Assembly: GCF_963921235.1 (NCBI RefSeq)
Contig: NC_086109.1
Coordinates: 14,200,001-14,264,000 of the forward strand
DNA length: 64,000 nucleotides
Source: Mobula hypostoma
Lineage: Eukaryota
Reading direction: 5' to 3'
Part shown: one piece after another, positions 52,063-63,945 of the stretch
Position numbering within the stretch: position 1 is the stretch's first letter
How the letters are laid out: every line of letters begins with the position of its first letter
The notes under the pieces: model-generated
What the model was told of the DNA's origin: nothing
The model's input: the letters and a program-made list of their open reading frames with translations, nothing else
Database searches by the model: none
Translations under genes and position numbers: made by a program

Positions 52063-53238
52063 TACATGGTTGAACGATGAGGTTGGTGGTGTATATAATC
52101 TAGGAGATTGCACATTACAACGGATCATTGATAGGATACAGAGCTGGGCTGAGAAGTGGCAGAGGGAGTTCAGTCTGCAAAAGAGTGAAGTGATATACTT
52201 TAGAAGGCTAGACCTGAAGGCAGAGTACAGAATTAATGGCAGGTTCATTTCCATAGATCCCTCAAAGTTGCCGTGCAAGTTGATAGAGTTGTTAAGGAAG
52301 CGTATAAGATTCAAAGTGCACTTATTATCAATGAATGCAAATATTATACAACCTTGAGATCTGTTTACTTACAGGTAGTCACAAAGCAAGGAACCTGAAA
52401 GAACCCAATTAAAGAAATAAGATCAACCCCAGTGCCCACAGAGAAAGAGAAAAAAAAACACATAAAGCAAATCATGCAGACCCTAGAAGCGAGCAACAAC
52501 AGCAGCATTCCAAACCAAATTGAGTAATTGAGTCGGTAGGTCCAAATCCCTGGAGCAGGCACAAAGCCTCGGTATTCAGTTCATCATATCAGCGAGGGCA
52601 AATTGCTGCAAAGTTTGCAGACACCAAGCACAGCAGCTGGGGGCAGTCCAACAGCCTTCTAGTATACTTGCCTTCATTAGTTCAGACACAGAGTTCAAGG
52701 CCCATGAGGTAAGGTTGCAGCTTTCTTAAAACCCTGGTCCGACCACACTTTGAGTATTGTATTCAGTCTTGGTCACCTCATTATGGAAGAATGGGGAAGC
52801 CTAAGAGAGGGTGCAGAGGAGATTTACCAGGACGCTGAGGAGATCAGGATGCGGCCTGGATTAGAGGGCATGTCTTTCGAGGAAGTGTTGAGCAAGCTAG
52901 GGCTTTTCTCTTTGGAGTGAAGGAGGATGAGAGCTGACTTGATAGATGTCTATAAGATGATGAAAGGCATTGAATTAGTGGACAACCAGCGCTTTTCCCC
53001 CCAGAGTCAAAATGGCTAGTAAGAGAGTGCATAAATTTAAGGTGATTGGAGGAAAATGTAGAGGGGATGTCAGAGTTGCTTAGTGGTGGGTTCGTGGAAT
53101 GCCCAGTCAGAGGTGGTGGTAAAGGCAGATACATCAGGAACATTTAAGAGACCCTTAGGTGTGCATATGAATGAAAGAAAAATAGAGGGTTATGTAGGAT
53201 GGAAAAGTTAAGGTTGATCTTGAAGTAGGTTAAGAGGT
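52063..53238 (+). mobile_element. Decayed CR1 LINE with a nested minus-strand non-autonomous element (about 52305-52660)
   Basis: ORF 52070-52357 (IDRIQSWAEKWQREF). The CR1 resumes at agtatacttgccttcattag after the insert. Confidence 0.75.
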
Positions 53239-53239
53239 T

Positions 53240-53825
53240 GGCACAACATGACAAGTACCTGGGGGTGCACCTGGATGACAGACTTGAGTGGAGCACCAAC
53301 TCAGAGGCTGTGTGTATGAAGGGCTGGACTTGCCGCTGCTTCCTGAGGAGACTGAGGTCCTCTGGAGTAGGCAGGCCTCTCCTTCACATGTTCTACCAGT
53401 ACAATCTTCAATGCGGTGGTGTGCTGGGACAATGGCATCAATGGCATCAAAACTGATTAGAAAGGCTGGCTCTGTGATAGGAGTCAAACTGGACACACTG
53501 GAGGCTGTGGCAGAACAAAGGATCCCACGGAAAATCCTGGCAATTCTGGACAATATTTCTCACCCTTTGCATGCTTGCTTGGCTGAACAGAGGAGCACTT
53601 TTAGTAACAGACTAGGACAAAGGTGCTGCTCCAAAGAGCGCTATATTAGGTCATTCTTACCCTTGGACTTTGGGTTCTATCATGAGTCAACCTATAGCAG
53701 GGGAAGTGATGACCCGCTTCCTGTTAGACTGTTTGCAGTAACTTTCTACCTCTCTTCTAATATTTATATCCGTGACACTGTAATTTCCCAGGGGATCAAT
53801 AAAGTATCTATCTATCTATCTATGA
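53240..53825 (+). mobile_element. Rex1/Babar-type LINE 3' end
   Basis: KYLGVHLDDRLEWSTN, FLRRLRS and ILDNISHPLH remnants, with an aataaagtatctatctatct tail. Confidence 0.8.
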
Positions 53826-55007
53826 CAAGTCAAATGGCCTGTATTCTTCTATGTTCTGTTTTATTTGTTATATATGATCTAATTTGTTATATATGACCAT
53901 GCTTTCGGTCAGCTGTCATATTATCTTCTTTGTGTTTTATAACCTTCTGAATTATTTTGTTTCATTATGTTAAATACGGAAAGACTTTTGTTGCTGTGCT
54001 CTGACATTCTCAGACTATGCTGCACATTTCTTGCATTCTTTCACTCTATTCACAGGCCAAGTTTGTCACTGCAGCTTCACAATGAAACCTTCAACTCAGC
54101 TATGGTGATATCACCGCTTTTCACCATTGCCATGCCATTGTGTTCCATCTATCACACTATATCCCATCAGTTCGCGAACGTATCACAGTTACTAGGCCAT
54201 AATGGAACTGAACTTAGTCAGCTCCTTCATGGGCACTAGCCTCCGTAGTATCCAGGACATCTTCAAGGAGCGATGCCTCAAAAAGGCGACTTCTATTATT
54301 AAGGACCCCCATCACCCAGGACATGCCCTCTTCTCATTACTACCATCAGGGGGGAGGTACAGGAGGTACGATTCCCTTCTACCATCCGATTTCTGAATGA
54401 ACCCATGAACTCTACCTCACACCTTTATTATTTTTGCACTAGCTGCTTAATTTAACTATTTAACATATATACTTACTGCAATCCATGGTCATTTCTCTAT
54501 TATTATGTATTGTATAGTGCTGCTGACACAAGGACAACAAACTTCATGACATATGTCAGTGATATTAAATCCAATTCTGATACTAATAATAGATTCCTAG
54601 AATAGAACCTGACGCTCAACATAGCCCAAAAGACATTGATTTGGTCCCATGTTTAAATGTCGAGGAATCTCATCAGACGATGGAATCTGGACCCACAAAC
54701 AATCTGCTGGGGGAATTCAGCATCTGTGAGAGAAAGTAACTGTCGATTTTTCAAGCCAAAATCCTGCAACAAGATGTAAATAAATATTGGATTCACTTGG
54801 GCAGCCTGGTCTCACTCTATCAGAGATATTCTCTTGGTCCTACTCTCCCCTCTCCCACCACCGTTACCAATCAGAACTGACTTGATCTTTCTTTTTCCCA
54901 GTTCTAATGAAAAATCTTCAACCCCAAATGTCATCACTTCTTCTTAATTCATTGTAGCTGCCCGACCTGCTGAGTGTTTGCAGCAGTCTCAGTTCTATTT
55001 TGGTACA

Positions 55008-56238
55008 TACACCCAGTCACCATTTTATCAGGTACATCCTGTACCTAATAAAGTGGCCTCTGAGTGTAAGTTCATGATCTTGTGCTGCTGCAGCCATTCC
55101 ACTTCTAGATTCGATGTGTTGTGTGCTCAGAGATGCTCTTCTACACACCACTGTTGTCACGTGCCATTATTTGAGTTACTGTCACCTTCCTGTCAGCTTG
55201 AACCAATCAGGCATTTTCACCATTAGAACAGCCACTCACTGGATTTTTGTTTGTAGTTTGCAGCATTCTTTGTGTAAGGGGTTTCTTTTTTATATGTCAC
55301 TGCGTAGTCTAATTAAAATGGCTTCTTTGTTATGTTATAATTGAAAAGGCTTCTTTGTTATGTTAACTGCTGAGAAAGTCCTCCCGCTAGCAGTTTGTTT
55401 GATCACGTTACTGATAAGAAGATGTTACGAACCAATTGGGATAGTAGTTAAGCTTTTGGTGTGTCTGTAAGATATTGTATGCGCAGGGTTTTGGGGCAGA
55501 AGGCGGGAGAGAGAGAGACAGAGGATGGACCAGGTGCTGTGAGTCCGCTAACGTGGTTGGACCCTGAGCGGGGCGTTCGGCGAGGAGAGGAGACGGAGAT
55601 AGACTCGTGTGGAGCGTCTGCTCGACCACCGTTGTTGGTCCCAGGCAGCCGGTCGAGGTGGTCCGAGGGGTCGCAGGGTGAAGAAGAAGGGTCCTGAGCT
55701 CCAACTGTTTGTGCACGAAGAGATTGAACTTTGATAAGTGTGGCACCTTTTATTTTCCTTTTATATTTTATTCTCTATTAATTATATAGTTTCAGTAATA
55801 TCTATAAACTGTAAATCATTTAATCGTATCTGGTGTATTGTCTGTTATTTGGGTGGGGTGGGGTACATCACACAGCATCCACATAAACTGATTACCCAGT
55901 TTGGCGGGGCCGAGGGCTGTTTCCCTAGACGACAGTGAGCCGAGCGACCCTGAGGCTGGCCGGGGGGCTACATTTGTAAACACTAGAGACTGTTCAGTGT
56001 GAAAATCCCAGGAGATCAGCAGCTGCTGAGATACTCAAACCACCCATCTTCAACAACCATTCCATGGTCAAAGTCACTTAGATCAAATTTCTTCCCCATT
56101 CTGATGTTGAACCTCTTGACTGTGTCTGCATGCTTTTATGCATTGAGTCGCTGCCACATGATTGGCTGATTAGACATTTGCATTAATAAGCAGGAGTATA
56201 GGTGTACAGGTGTACATAATAAAAGTGACCACTGAGTG
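55008..56238 (-). mobile_element. Non-autonomous Tc1 element interrupted by a solo LTR
   Basis: ITR-like ends tacacccagtcaccattttatcaggtac and gtacataataaaagtgaccactgagtg. The transposase N-terminus (atggggaag...) is on the minus strand near 56095. The host reads cagcattctttg|taaacactagagac once the LTR is removed. Confidence 0.8.
55273..55972 (+). mobile_element. 700-bp solo LTR, probably from a Gypsy-type retrotransposon
   Basis: Termini TGTAAGGGG...GGGGCTACA and a perfect 4-bp TSD TTTG (55269-55272 and 55973-55976). Internal direct repeat ggcttctttgttatgtta occurs twice. CpGs are retained. Strand is a guess. Confidence 0.88.
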
Positions 56239-57104
56239 TGGTTGAGTTTAAGAGCACAGAAAGACACCATCCATTCAACAGGTCCGTGTCCATACGGTCC
56301 GAACACTTTCACTCACCTTATCTGCTTCACGTGATAATCAAAGTTTCCGTTAGTGCGTGAAATATTAAACAACATTTGGAAATAGCTTGCAGTTGTTATA
56401 ACAGATCAAATTCAAAGGTTACACCATATTATCATCTTGTGCACATGGTTAAATACTTTTGACAGGAAATGCCACATAGTTACTCTCCTCCCCTTCAGCT
56501 TTGAATGCCATCCATTTGAAAATGGGGGCTGGAAAGACTGAAAGATGTCAGCTGACAGGATGTGATGGTGACTGACCTTTATATTGTTATTGTGTTAGCA
56601 AAATTACTCAACTGTTTGCTTCCAGCTGGCTGTAGCCAACAATTATCAAGCTCAATAAGAGTGATGGACTTTACTCTAAGTATATACAATATGTCACCAT
56701 TCGTACTGTTTGAGATTCTCGGTAGTTTGAACTTAGAATATAGTCGAACAATGCAGTAAAGGAACAGGCCTATAATATCCGTGCCCACCTTGATACCAAT
56801 ACAAACTAATCCCATTTTCTTGCACATGTTCCACATCCCTCCATTCCCTGCTGTTCCCTGATGCTTGTCTAAACTCATAGAAAAATAGAGGGCTATGTGG
56901 TAGAGAAATTCTAGACAGTTTCTAGAGTAGGTTACATGGTCAGCACAACATTGGGGGCCGAAGGGCCTGTAATGTGCTGTAGATTTCTATGTTTCCAAGC
57001 TTCATCAGTAAAGTGCGGTGGGGTAAGGGGGGAGGAAGGAGATTGTGCATAAGGAGTAAGAATTAATGATTTAGTGGCATAATGCAGCTTCTGTTGAGTT
57101 TGTT

Positions 57105-59125
57105 GATATGCTTACCGACAGAACCGCTCGACGACAGACACCGTAGCATCTGTCATGCATCTGGCCCTGACACACCTAAAAAATAAGGACACTTTAGTTA
57201 GAGTACAAAGTAAATGGCAGGATACTTGGCAGTGTGGAGGAGCAGAGGGATCTGGGGGTACATGTCCACAGATCCCTGAAAGTAGCCTCACAGGTAGATA
57301 GGGTAATTAAGAAAGTTTATGGGGTGTTAGCTTTCAGAAGTCGAGGGATAGAGTTTAAGAGTCGTCATGTAATGTTGCAGCTCTATAAAACTCTGGTTAG
57401 GCCACACTTCGAGTATTGTGTCCAGTTCTGGTCGCCTCACTATAGGAAGGATGTGGAAGCACTGGAAAGAGTACAGAGGAGATTTATCAGGATGCTGCCT
57501 GGTTTAGAGAATATGGATTATGATTAGAGACTAAGGGAGCTAGGGCTTTACTCTTTGGAGAGAAGGAGGATGAGAGGAGACATGATAGAGGTATACAAGA
57601 TATTAAGAGGAATAGATAGAGTGGACAGCCAGCGCCTCTTCCCCAGGGCACCACTGTTCAATACAAGAGGACATGGCTTTAAGGTAAGGGGTGGGAAGTT
57701 TAAGGGGGATATTAGAGGAAGGTTTTTTACTCAGAGAGTGGTTGGTGCTTGGAATGCACTGCCTGAGTCAGTGGTGGACGCAGATACACTAGTGAAGTTT
57801 AAGAGACTACTAGACAGGTATATGGAGGAATTTAAGGCAGGAGGATTATATGGGAGGCAGAGTTTAAGGGTCGGCACAACATTGTGGGCCGAAGGGCCTG
57901 TACTGTGCTGTACTATTCTATGTTCTAAAGCAGTCTCTGGATTTCAGTTTGGCACTCAACACTATTGTCCCACAGACGTTGGTGAACAAACTGGTGTTGG
58001 ACTTCCGAATCATCCAGCCTCCGCTAGTCAGGATGCACAAGTGCTCCCCTCTCCCCATCGCCCTCAACGTGGGTATCCGCCAGGGATGTGCGCTGAGCCC
58101 ACCACTATGTACCTTGTTCACCCTTGACTGCATGGACAAACACCCAAGCAATCGCATCGCCAAGTTCAACGATGACACTACAGTGATAAGGCTCATCACC
58201 AACATTGCAAAGGCAGCTTACAGAGAGCAGGTGGAAGAGCTCAAGGCCTGGTGCCAGGCAAATTACCTCTTCCTTAAAGTCAACAAGACCCCGGAGATGG
58301 TTATCGACTTCAGGAGAACTTATACCACTTACCTCTCCCTTTATATTGGTGGCAGAGAAGTGGAAACTGCAAGCAGTTTAAAACTCCTGGAAGTGTACAT
58401 CACGCACAAACTGCTACGGTCCCTGAACACGTTGTACACAGTCAAGAGAGCTGGCCAATGCCTTTGCTTTCTGAGGAGGCTGAAGAGAGCTGGACTTCGC
58501 ACATCCATGTTCGCATCATTCTACAGAAGCGCAGTAGAGAGCATCCTAACAAGTTGCATCGCCGCTTGGTGCAGAAACTGCACTGTGGTGGATAGGAGGG
58601 CTCCACAATATGGAGTAAAAGCTGCATAACACAGCACCAGCACCAGCCTACCTGCCATCAAGGAGATATACACAGAAATGTACCGGATAGGGGGTGGTAA
58701 CATCATGAAGAATCCCACCCACCCTGCTTATGGATTGTTTGTCCCACTCCCTTCAGGGAGGAAGCTATGTAGCATCCATTCCCCGGACCACCAGACTTAA
58801 AAACAGTTACTCTCCCCAAGCAGTAAGGCCAATCAACATCTGCACCCACTAACCCACCCCTCTACACCCCCCACCACCACTCTTTAAAATTTCCTATCAG
58901 AGTCACCTTATGTTCAGACTCTCCTGTGCCTAGCATCACTTTATGGACATAAAATCAATCTATGTTTATAAATTATCTTATGTATTTATATTGATCCTGT
59001 TTTTTTATTACTGTGGTCTTACTGCATTTTTTTGTGCTGCATTACACCTGCAGTAACAATTATTTCACTCTCCTTACACTTGTGTATGAGAAATTATATT
59101 AAATAATTTTGTTTCTTGAATCTTG
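57105..59125 (+). mobile_element. Rex1/Babar-type LINE interrupted by a CR1
   Basis: AYRQNRST.D..ALTHL.NKDT before the insert. ORF 57949-58629 (QGCALSP.L..LFTLDC...KFNDDTTV...WCQANYL.LKVNKT.EMVIDFRR) after it. Confidence 0.85.
57200..57927 (+). mobile_element. Young CR1 LINE 3' part, same family as 6828-8128
   Basis: Colinear and near-identical by eye to about 7385-8128. ORFs 57234-57527 and 57555-. Has a tattctatgttcta tail. Confidence 0.92.
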
Positions 59126-59292
59126 TTCTCAAGCATGTGAAAGGTCAGTACACATTGCTACAGAAACTCAATCCAAAACACACATGAACAAGCTAAAGAG
59201 CTGTGAAGAAACCCTTAACTCCAGACCAGAGATACCAGGCTTGAAATCTGCATGTGCTCAAACACAGGTAGATTTTTGTTTTCCACTTAAAC

Positions 59293-59508
59293 ATGCACAC
59301 AGTGGCCAGTTTGTTAGGTATACCTGTACACTGGCTCATTAATGCAAATATCTAATCAGCTAATCACATGACAGAAACTCAATGCATAAAAATATGTGCA
59401 GATACAGTCAAAAAATTCAGTTATAGTTCAGACCAAACATCAGAATGGGGAAGAAACATGATCTAATTGACCTTGACCATGGAATTATTGTTGGTGCCAG
59501 GCAAGGTA
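59293..59508 (+). mobile_element. Tc1 left end with transposase N-terminus
   Basis: ITR cacagtggccagtttgttaggtatacctgt followed by MGKKHDLIDLDHGIIVGARQ. Same family as 55008-56238. Confidence 0.75.
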
Positions 59509-59520
59509 AAACCGGGAGGG

Positions 59521-59814
59521 GATCCTCCTTTTCTTTCTTCCATGGTCTTCTGTCCTCTCCTATTAGATTCCCCCTTCTCCAGCCCTGTATCTCTCTCACC
59601 AATCAACTTCCCAGCTCTTTTCTTCACCCCTCTCCCCCCTCTCCCCGTTTCACCTTTCACCTTGTGTTTCTCCCTCCCCTCCCCTCACCTTCTAACTCTG
59701 ACTCCTCATCATTTTTCCTCCAGTCCTGCTGAAGGGTCTCGGTCTGAAACGTCAACTGTACTCTTTTCCATAGATGCTGCCTGGCCTGCTGAGTTCCTCC
59801 AGCTTTTTGTGTGT
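59521..59814 (+). mobile_element. Penelope-like pseudo-LTR fragment
   Basis: Pyrimidine-rich UTR followed by cagtc-CTGCTGA-agggtctcggtct-GAAACGTC-aactg. Confidence 0.75.
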
Positions 59815-60216
59815 GATCCTAAATCTGAAACTTGAAGGATGAAAACAGGACGAGATGTTCAGAGCCCCAGCACAATGGCAGACAAATTTTTATGAGGTAC
59901 ACATAATGTTCTTAGGGACGCTATTTTCAACAAGCATGCTGTGTACCTATCTGTGATCCACACTTGTGTGAAGTGAGGACAGAATGGATGACAGAAGTGA
60001 TGACAGAATTCATCATAGAAGTCTAACTTAATTGGGGATGGCTACCTTGATATCTTTATGAAGGACGTTTCTCAATTTCTTGCTGAGATTGGGGTTACCT
60101 AATTTGCTCAGTTCTGAATTCCCATTGGGAGTGAATCTCTTAGATCATCTATGATTTCTGATCTTGGAACAGCTGGATGACCTCTTTAGAGCACAGTCCT
60201 CAATGCACTGTTTAAG

Positions 60217-60812
60217 TTGATATGTGTAACTAGGGGTGCCGTGCACAATCCCGATTTGATGGAGACAGCCGTGAAGCACAGAGGAACATCTGGAGAAACT
60301 TCTGAAATGCCTGCTTTGCTGCCGCTGCTACTGTGCGATCGAGAATCCCTGGAGATGAAGGCCCCAAATCATCGGCTTTGCCTATCGCCTGTTGCCGGGG
60401 CCGGGGTCAAAACGCTCGGCAGAGAAGGTGCTCAGTGCTCGGTGTCGAATAGGTGTTCGGAGGCCCGGAGTTTTTCGGACGGACTTGGAGTCGGACTGTG
60501 GTTGGATGCTTCCGGGATGCTGCATCGGCAAGTTGGTGGCTCTGGAGGTTTACTGTCTGCGTGAGATGATGGGATTTCCAAGAGACTCTGAGATTTTTAC
60601 TGTGCCATGGTCTGTTCTTATCAAATTACGGTATTGCTTTGCACTATTGTAACTATATGTTATAATTATGTGGTTTTTGTTAGTTTTTAAGTCGGTTTGT
60701 CAAGTGTTTTCGTGATATCATTCTGGAAAAACATTGTATCATTTCTTAATGCATGCATTACTAAATGACAATAAAAGGGGACTGTGTGTCCTCATAATCA
60801 TAAATCATAAAT
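60217..60812 (+). mobile_element. Second copy of the 34337-35018 non-autonomous retroelement
   Basis: Shares ccgtgcacaat..gatttgatggagac, gaggaacatctgga and gtaactatatgttataattatgtg. Ends in a (cataaat)n tail. Confidence 0.78.
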
Positions 60813-61863
60813 AAGTCTTTAACAGTGATGACATGGTCATCTAGTGGGCTGCCGAGTCCTTAATGATGGACAAGTCTACCGACTCAAAGTAGTCTTATAG
60901 AACCTCATCTGTTTCCTCAGACCAGCAGATTACAGAATGCCGAACATTACAGCCCAGTGCAGGCCTCTCAGCCCTCAATGTTGTACTGACCTCTGAGACC
61001 AGTCTACCCTCCCACACAGCCCTTCATTTTCCTATCATCCATCCGCCAAGATCTTAACATTGTTCTGGTGAATGTTACGATTTTTGGCTCTTCTACACAT
61101 TGCAAAATGTGTATTGATGCTCCCTTCCTGTCCCAATGTTTCCGCATGGATTGTCTCCTTGTTCTTCATTAATGGAGAAAGAGCAGAGTGGGTGACATGT
61201 CAATCAGTCAATTCTTCAGTATGTTGGGCCAGAAGAGCTCAAGATGATGGAACTCCAGCACAAGAGCTAAGAATGGTGGAAGTTCTCAGCAAGGGCAGGC
61301 AGCATCACCGGGGAGTGAAGAAGACTCACTGTTTTGGGTCAAGGAACCTTCATTAGAATTGGAAAAGAAAACAGCTGATTTAACATGTAGAGGAGAGGAT
61401 GGGTAAACTGAATGGGGGTGGGGGGAGAGATACAACTAAAATTATAACCAGCAGTGAGCTGTCAGGTTGGAGACACATCTCTACCAAAGGAGGTGTAAGG
61501 CACTCCTTCTCTCTGCTAACCTGCTTATCATCCTTGGTCAAAGTGTAGCTTCTCCTTAGCCCTGCCCGAACAGGGTGACAGGAAGCTATGGGAGCAGGTG
61601 GTGGATGGTTTTATGAGGAGCTGGTGCACATCACAAGTCCAGCTATGCAACCGCTGATGCCAGGCAGACAATCTCTGAAGAGTATTGATAACGGCTGGGG
61701 TCACCTGTCTTGTAAACACACTGCCCAGAAGGAGGCAATGGCAAATCACTTCTGTAGAAAAATTTGCCAAGAACAATCATGGTCAAAGACCATAATCGCC
61801 CATGTTATATGACACAGTATGTAATGAGTGATTGAACTGATCAAATCTGGCATCAACTGCTGG

Positions 61864-62021
61864 CTTCTTCCCCCTTCCTTTCCAGTCCTTCTGAAGGATC
61901 TGGCCTGAAACGTCCACTGTTTATTCCCCTCCATAGAAGCTGCCTGACCTACTGAGTTCCTCCAGCACCTTCTGTGCATTGCTCTGGACTTTCAGCATCT
62001 GCAGAATCTGTTGTGTTTGCG
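61864..62021 (+). mobile_element. Penelope-like mini-insertion with an 11/12-bp target-site duplication
   Basis: ATCAACTGCTGG (61852-61863) and ATCAACTACTGG (62022-62033) flank a pLTR end with a degenerate hammerhead. Confidence 0.75.
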
Positions 62022-62214
62022 ATCAACTACTGGAGAGCTCACCCAGTCTATCAAATACAGAATTGAGGAAAGGCAGCGGTCAAACAAAAGTGCCCCATTG
62101 TTTTCTTGTGAACACTACTTATGCACGTAATGTCGACGCTGGAATGTGTCGCGATACTTGTGGGCTGCCCACAGCACGTGGTTGTCAACGCAAATGATGC
62201 ATTTTACTATATGA

Positions 62215-62580
62215 CTCAAAGAAAAGTTCACAAAAATGATTCCAGGATTGAAAGGCTTCTCATATAAAAAGCGTTTGATAGCTCTGGGCCTCATTGAAAC
62301 CTATTGAATGTTGAAAGGCCTCGAAAGAGTGGATGAGGAGAAGATGTTTCCTATGCTAGGAGAGTCTAATACCAGAGGACACAGTTTCAGAATAGAGGGG
62401 TGTCCTTTTAGAATGGAGATTAGATTCTTGATTAGTCAGAACATGAAGAGATACGGAGAGAAGCCTGGAGATTGGAGTTGAGAGGGGAAATGGATCAGCC
62501 ATGATGAAATGGTGGAGCAGACTCGATGGGCCAAATGGCCTAATTCTGTTCCTATATCTTATGGTTTTATGGTCTTATGG
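62215..62580 (+). mobile_element. CR1 LINE 3' fragment
   Basis: ORF2 C-terminal remnant and gactcgatgggccaaatggcct UTR with a (tatggtct)n tail. Confidence 0.75.
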
Positions 62581-63174
62581 TTTCTCGATGTACACTTGAT
62601 AAATAAACTTGAATCTTGAAATAGTCCTGTTTGATTATTTAATGCCTCAGGTTAATACTGCATCATGAGCCCTCTGCTGGTGTAAAAACAAATTAATATT
62701 AGCCCAGAGAAAGAAGAAACCTCGTCACATGTCAATGGATGCTTGAGTCAAGATCTAAGCTTGACTCAAAGCAATAAACCAATAAACAAACCAATAAACT
62801 CTTGGCAATGACTTGAGAGAGAAGGAAACAATTAACATTTAACTAGGCTCCTAAAAAACATTAAGCTCAACAAGTATCAAAATATTCAAAACTATTTTGA
62901 AGTAAAGGAAAGCGCTGGTTATTTTTTTGTACTACAGCAGTGTTTTCTTTGGCAGGTGACGGGATTCCACGTTGTTGGTTGAGGGACACCTCCTTGCTCA
63001 GGTATTAGATGAACCCCACCCCCCCCTTTGAATCAACAACGTGGGAACTTCTGCATCCTCCCGAGGTGGTGGGGAGCATTTCGGCTGACGTTCCATACAT
63101 CTGGTAGTGCTAGTGCCTCTCAGTACTGCACCGATGTGTTAACTTGGGATTAGGTGCTTAGCTCTTAATATCAT

Positions 63175-63520
63175 GTTCATAGAGTCATGGAGCACTACAG
63201 TACAGAAACAGGCCCTTCGGCCCATCTAATCCTTGCCAAACCATTACTCTGTTCATTCCCATCGACCTGCACCTAGACCATAGTCCTCCATACTCCTACT
63301 CTCCATGTACTTGTCCAACTTTCTCTTAAGTATTGAAATCAAACCCGTATCCACCACTTCCATTTGTTCCACTCTCTCAACACCCTCTGACTGAAGAGGT
63401 TCCCCCTCATCTTCCCCTTAGATATTTCACCCTTAACACATGACCTCTTGTTCTAGTCTCACCCAACCTCAGTGGAAGAAAAGCTTGCTTGCATTTACCC
63501 TATCTATACCCCTCACCATT
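63175..63520 (-). mobile_element. CR1 LINE 3' fragment
   Basis: acagaaacaggcccttcggcccat is the reverse complement of a CR1 3' UTR. A related copy is at about 23355-23535. Confidence 0.7.
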
Positions 63521-63544
63521 TTGTTCCTCCTGGCCTTGAGCACG

Positions 63545-63945
63545 GTAAGAGAATGTTAGAGCAGGAAAGAGAAAGTGATGGACTGAAATAATTGAGGAAG
63601 AGAGAGGGGAAAGCAGGGGGGGCAGCACGGGGAATGGAGAGGGAAAGAGGGAGATAGAAAGAGACGGGGAAGGGGGAGAGAGAGAGAAAGAGAAGGAAAG
63701 AGAAAGTGAGAGAGAGGAGGAGTTGAGAGAGAATAAGAGAGATGGGACAGAGAGGATAAAGAAAAAGAGACAAGGGAAAGAGAGGACATATAGAGTGAAA
63801 GAAAGAGACAACAAAAAAGGCAGTATCATGACCGGGAGAGAAAGATAAAGCAAGAACAAGATAGGAAGAGTGACAAGGAAGATATTCAGACATAGAATAA
63901 GTAAGAAAGAGAAGACTGTGAGGAAAAAAATCCAGAGACTGAGAG
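63545..63945 (+). repeat. GA-rich low-complexity polypurine tract
   Basis: Strongly G/A-biased, which explains the spurious Leu/Ser/Phe-rich minus-strand ORFs. Followed by the start of another PLE pLTR (63950-64000). Confidence 0.85.
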
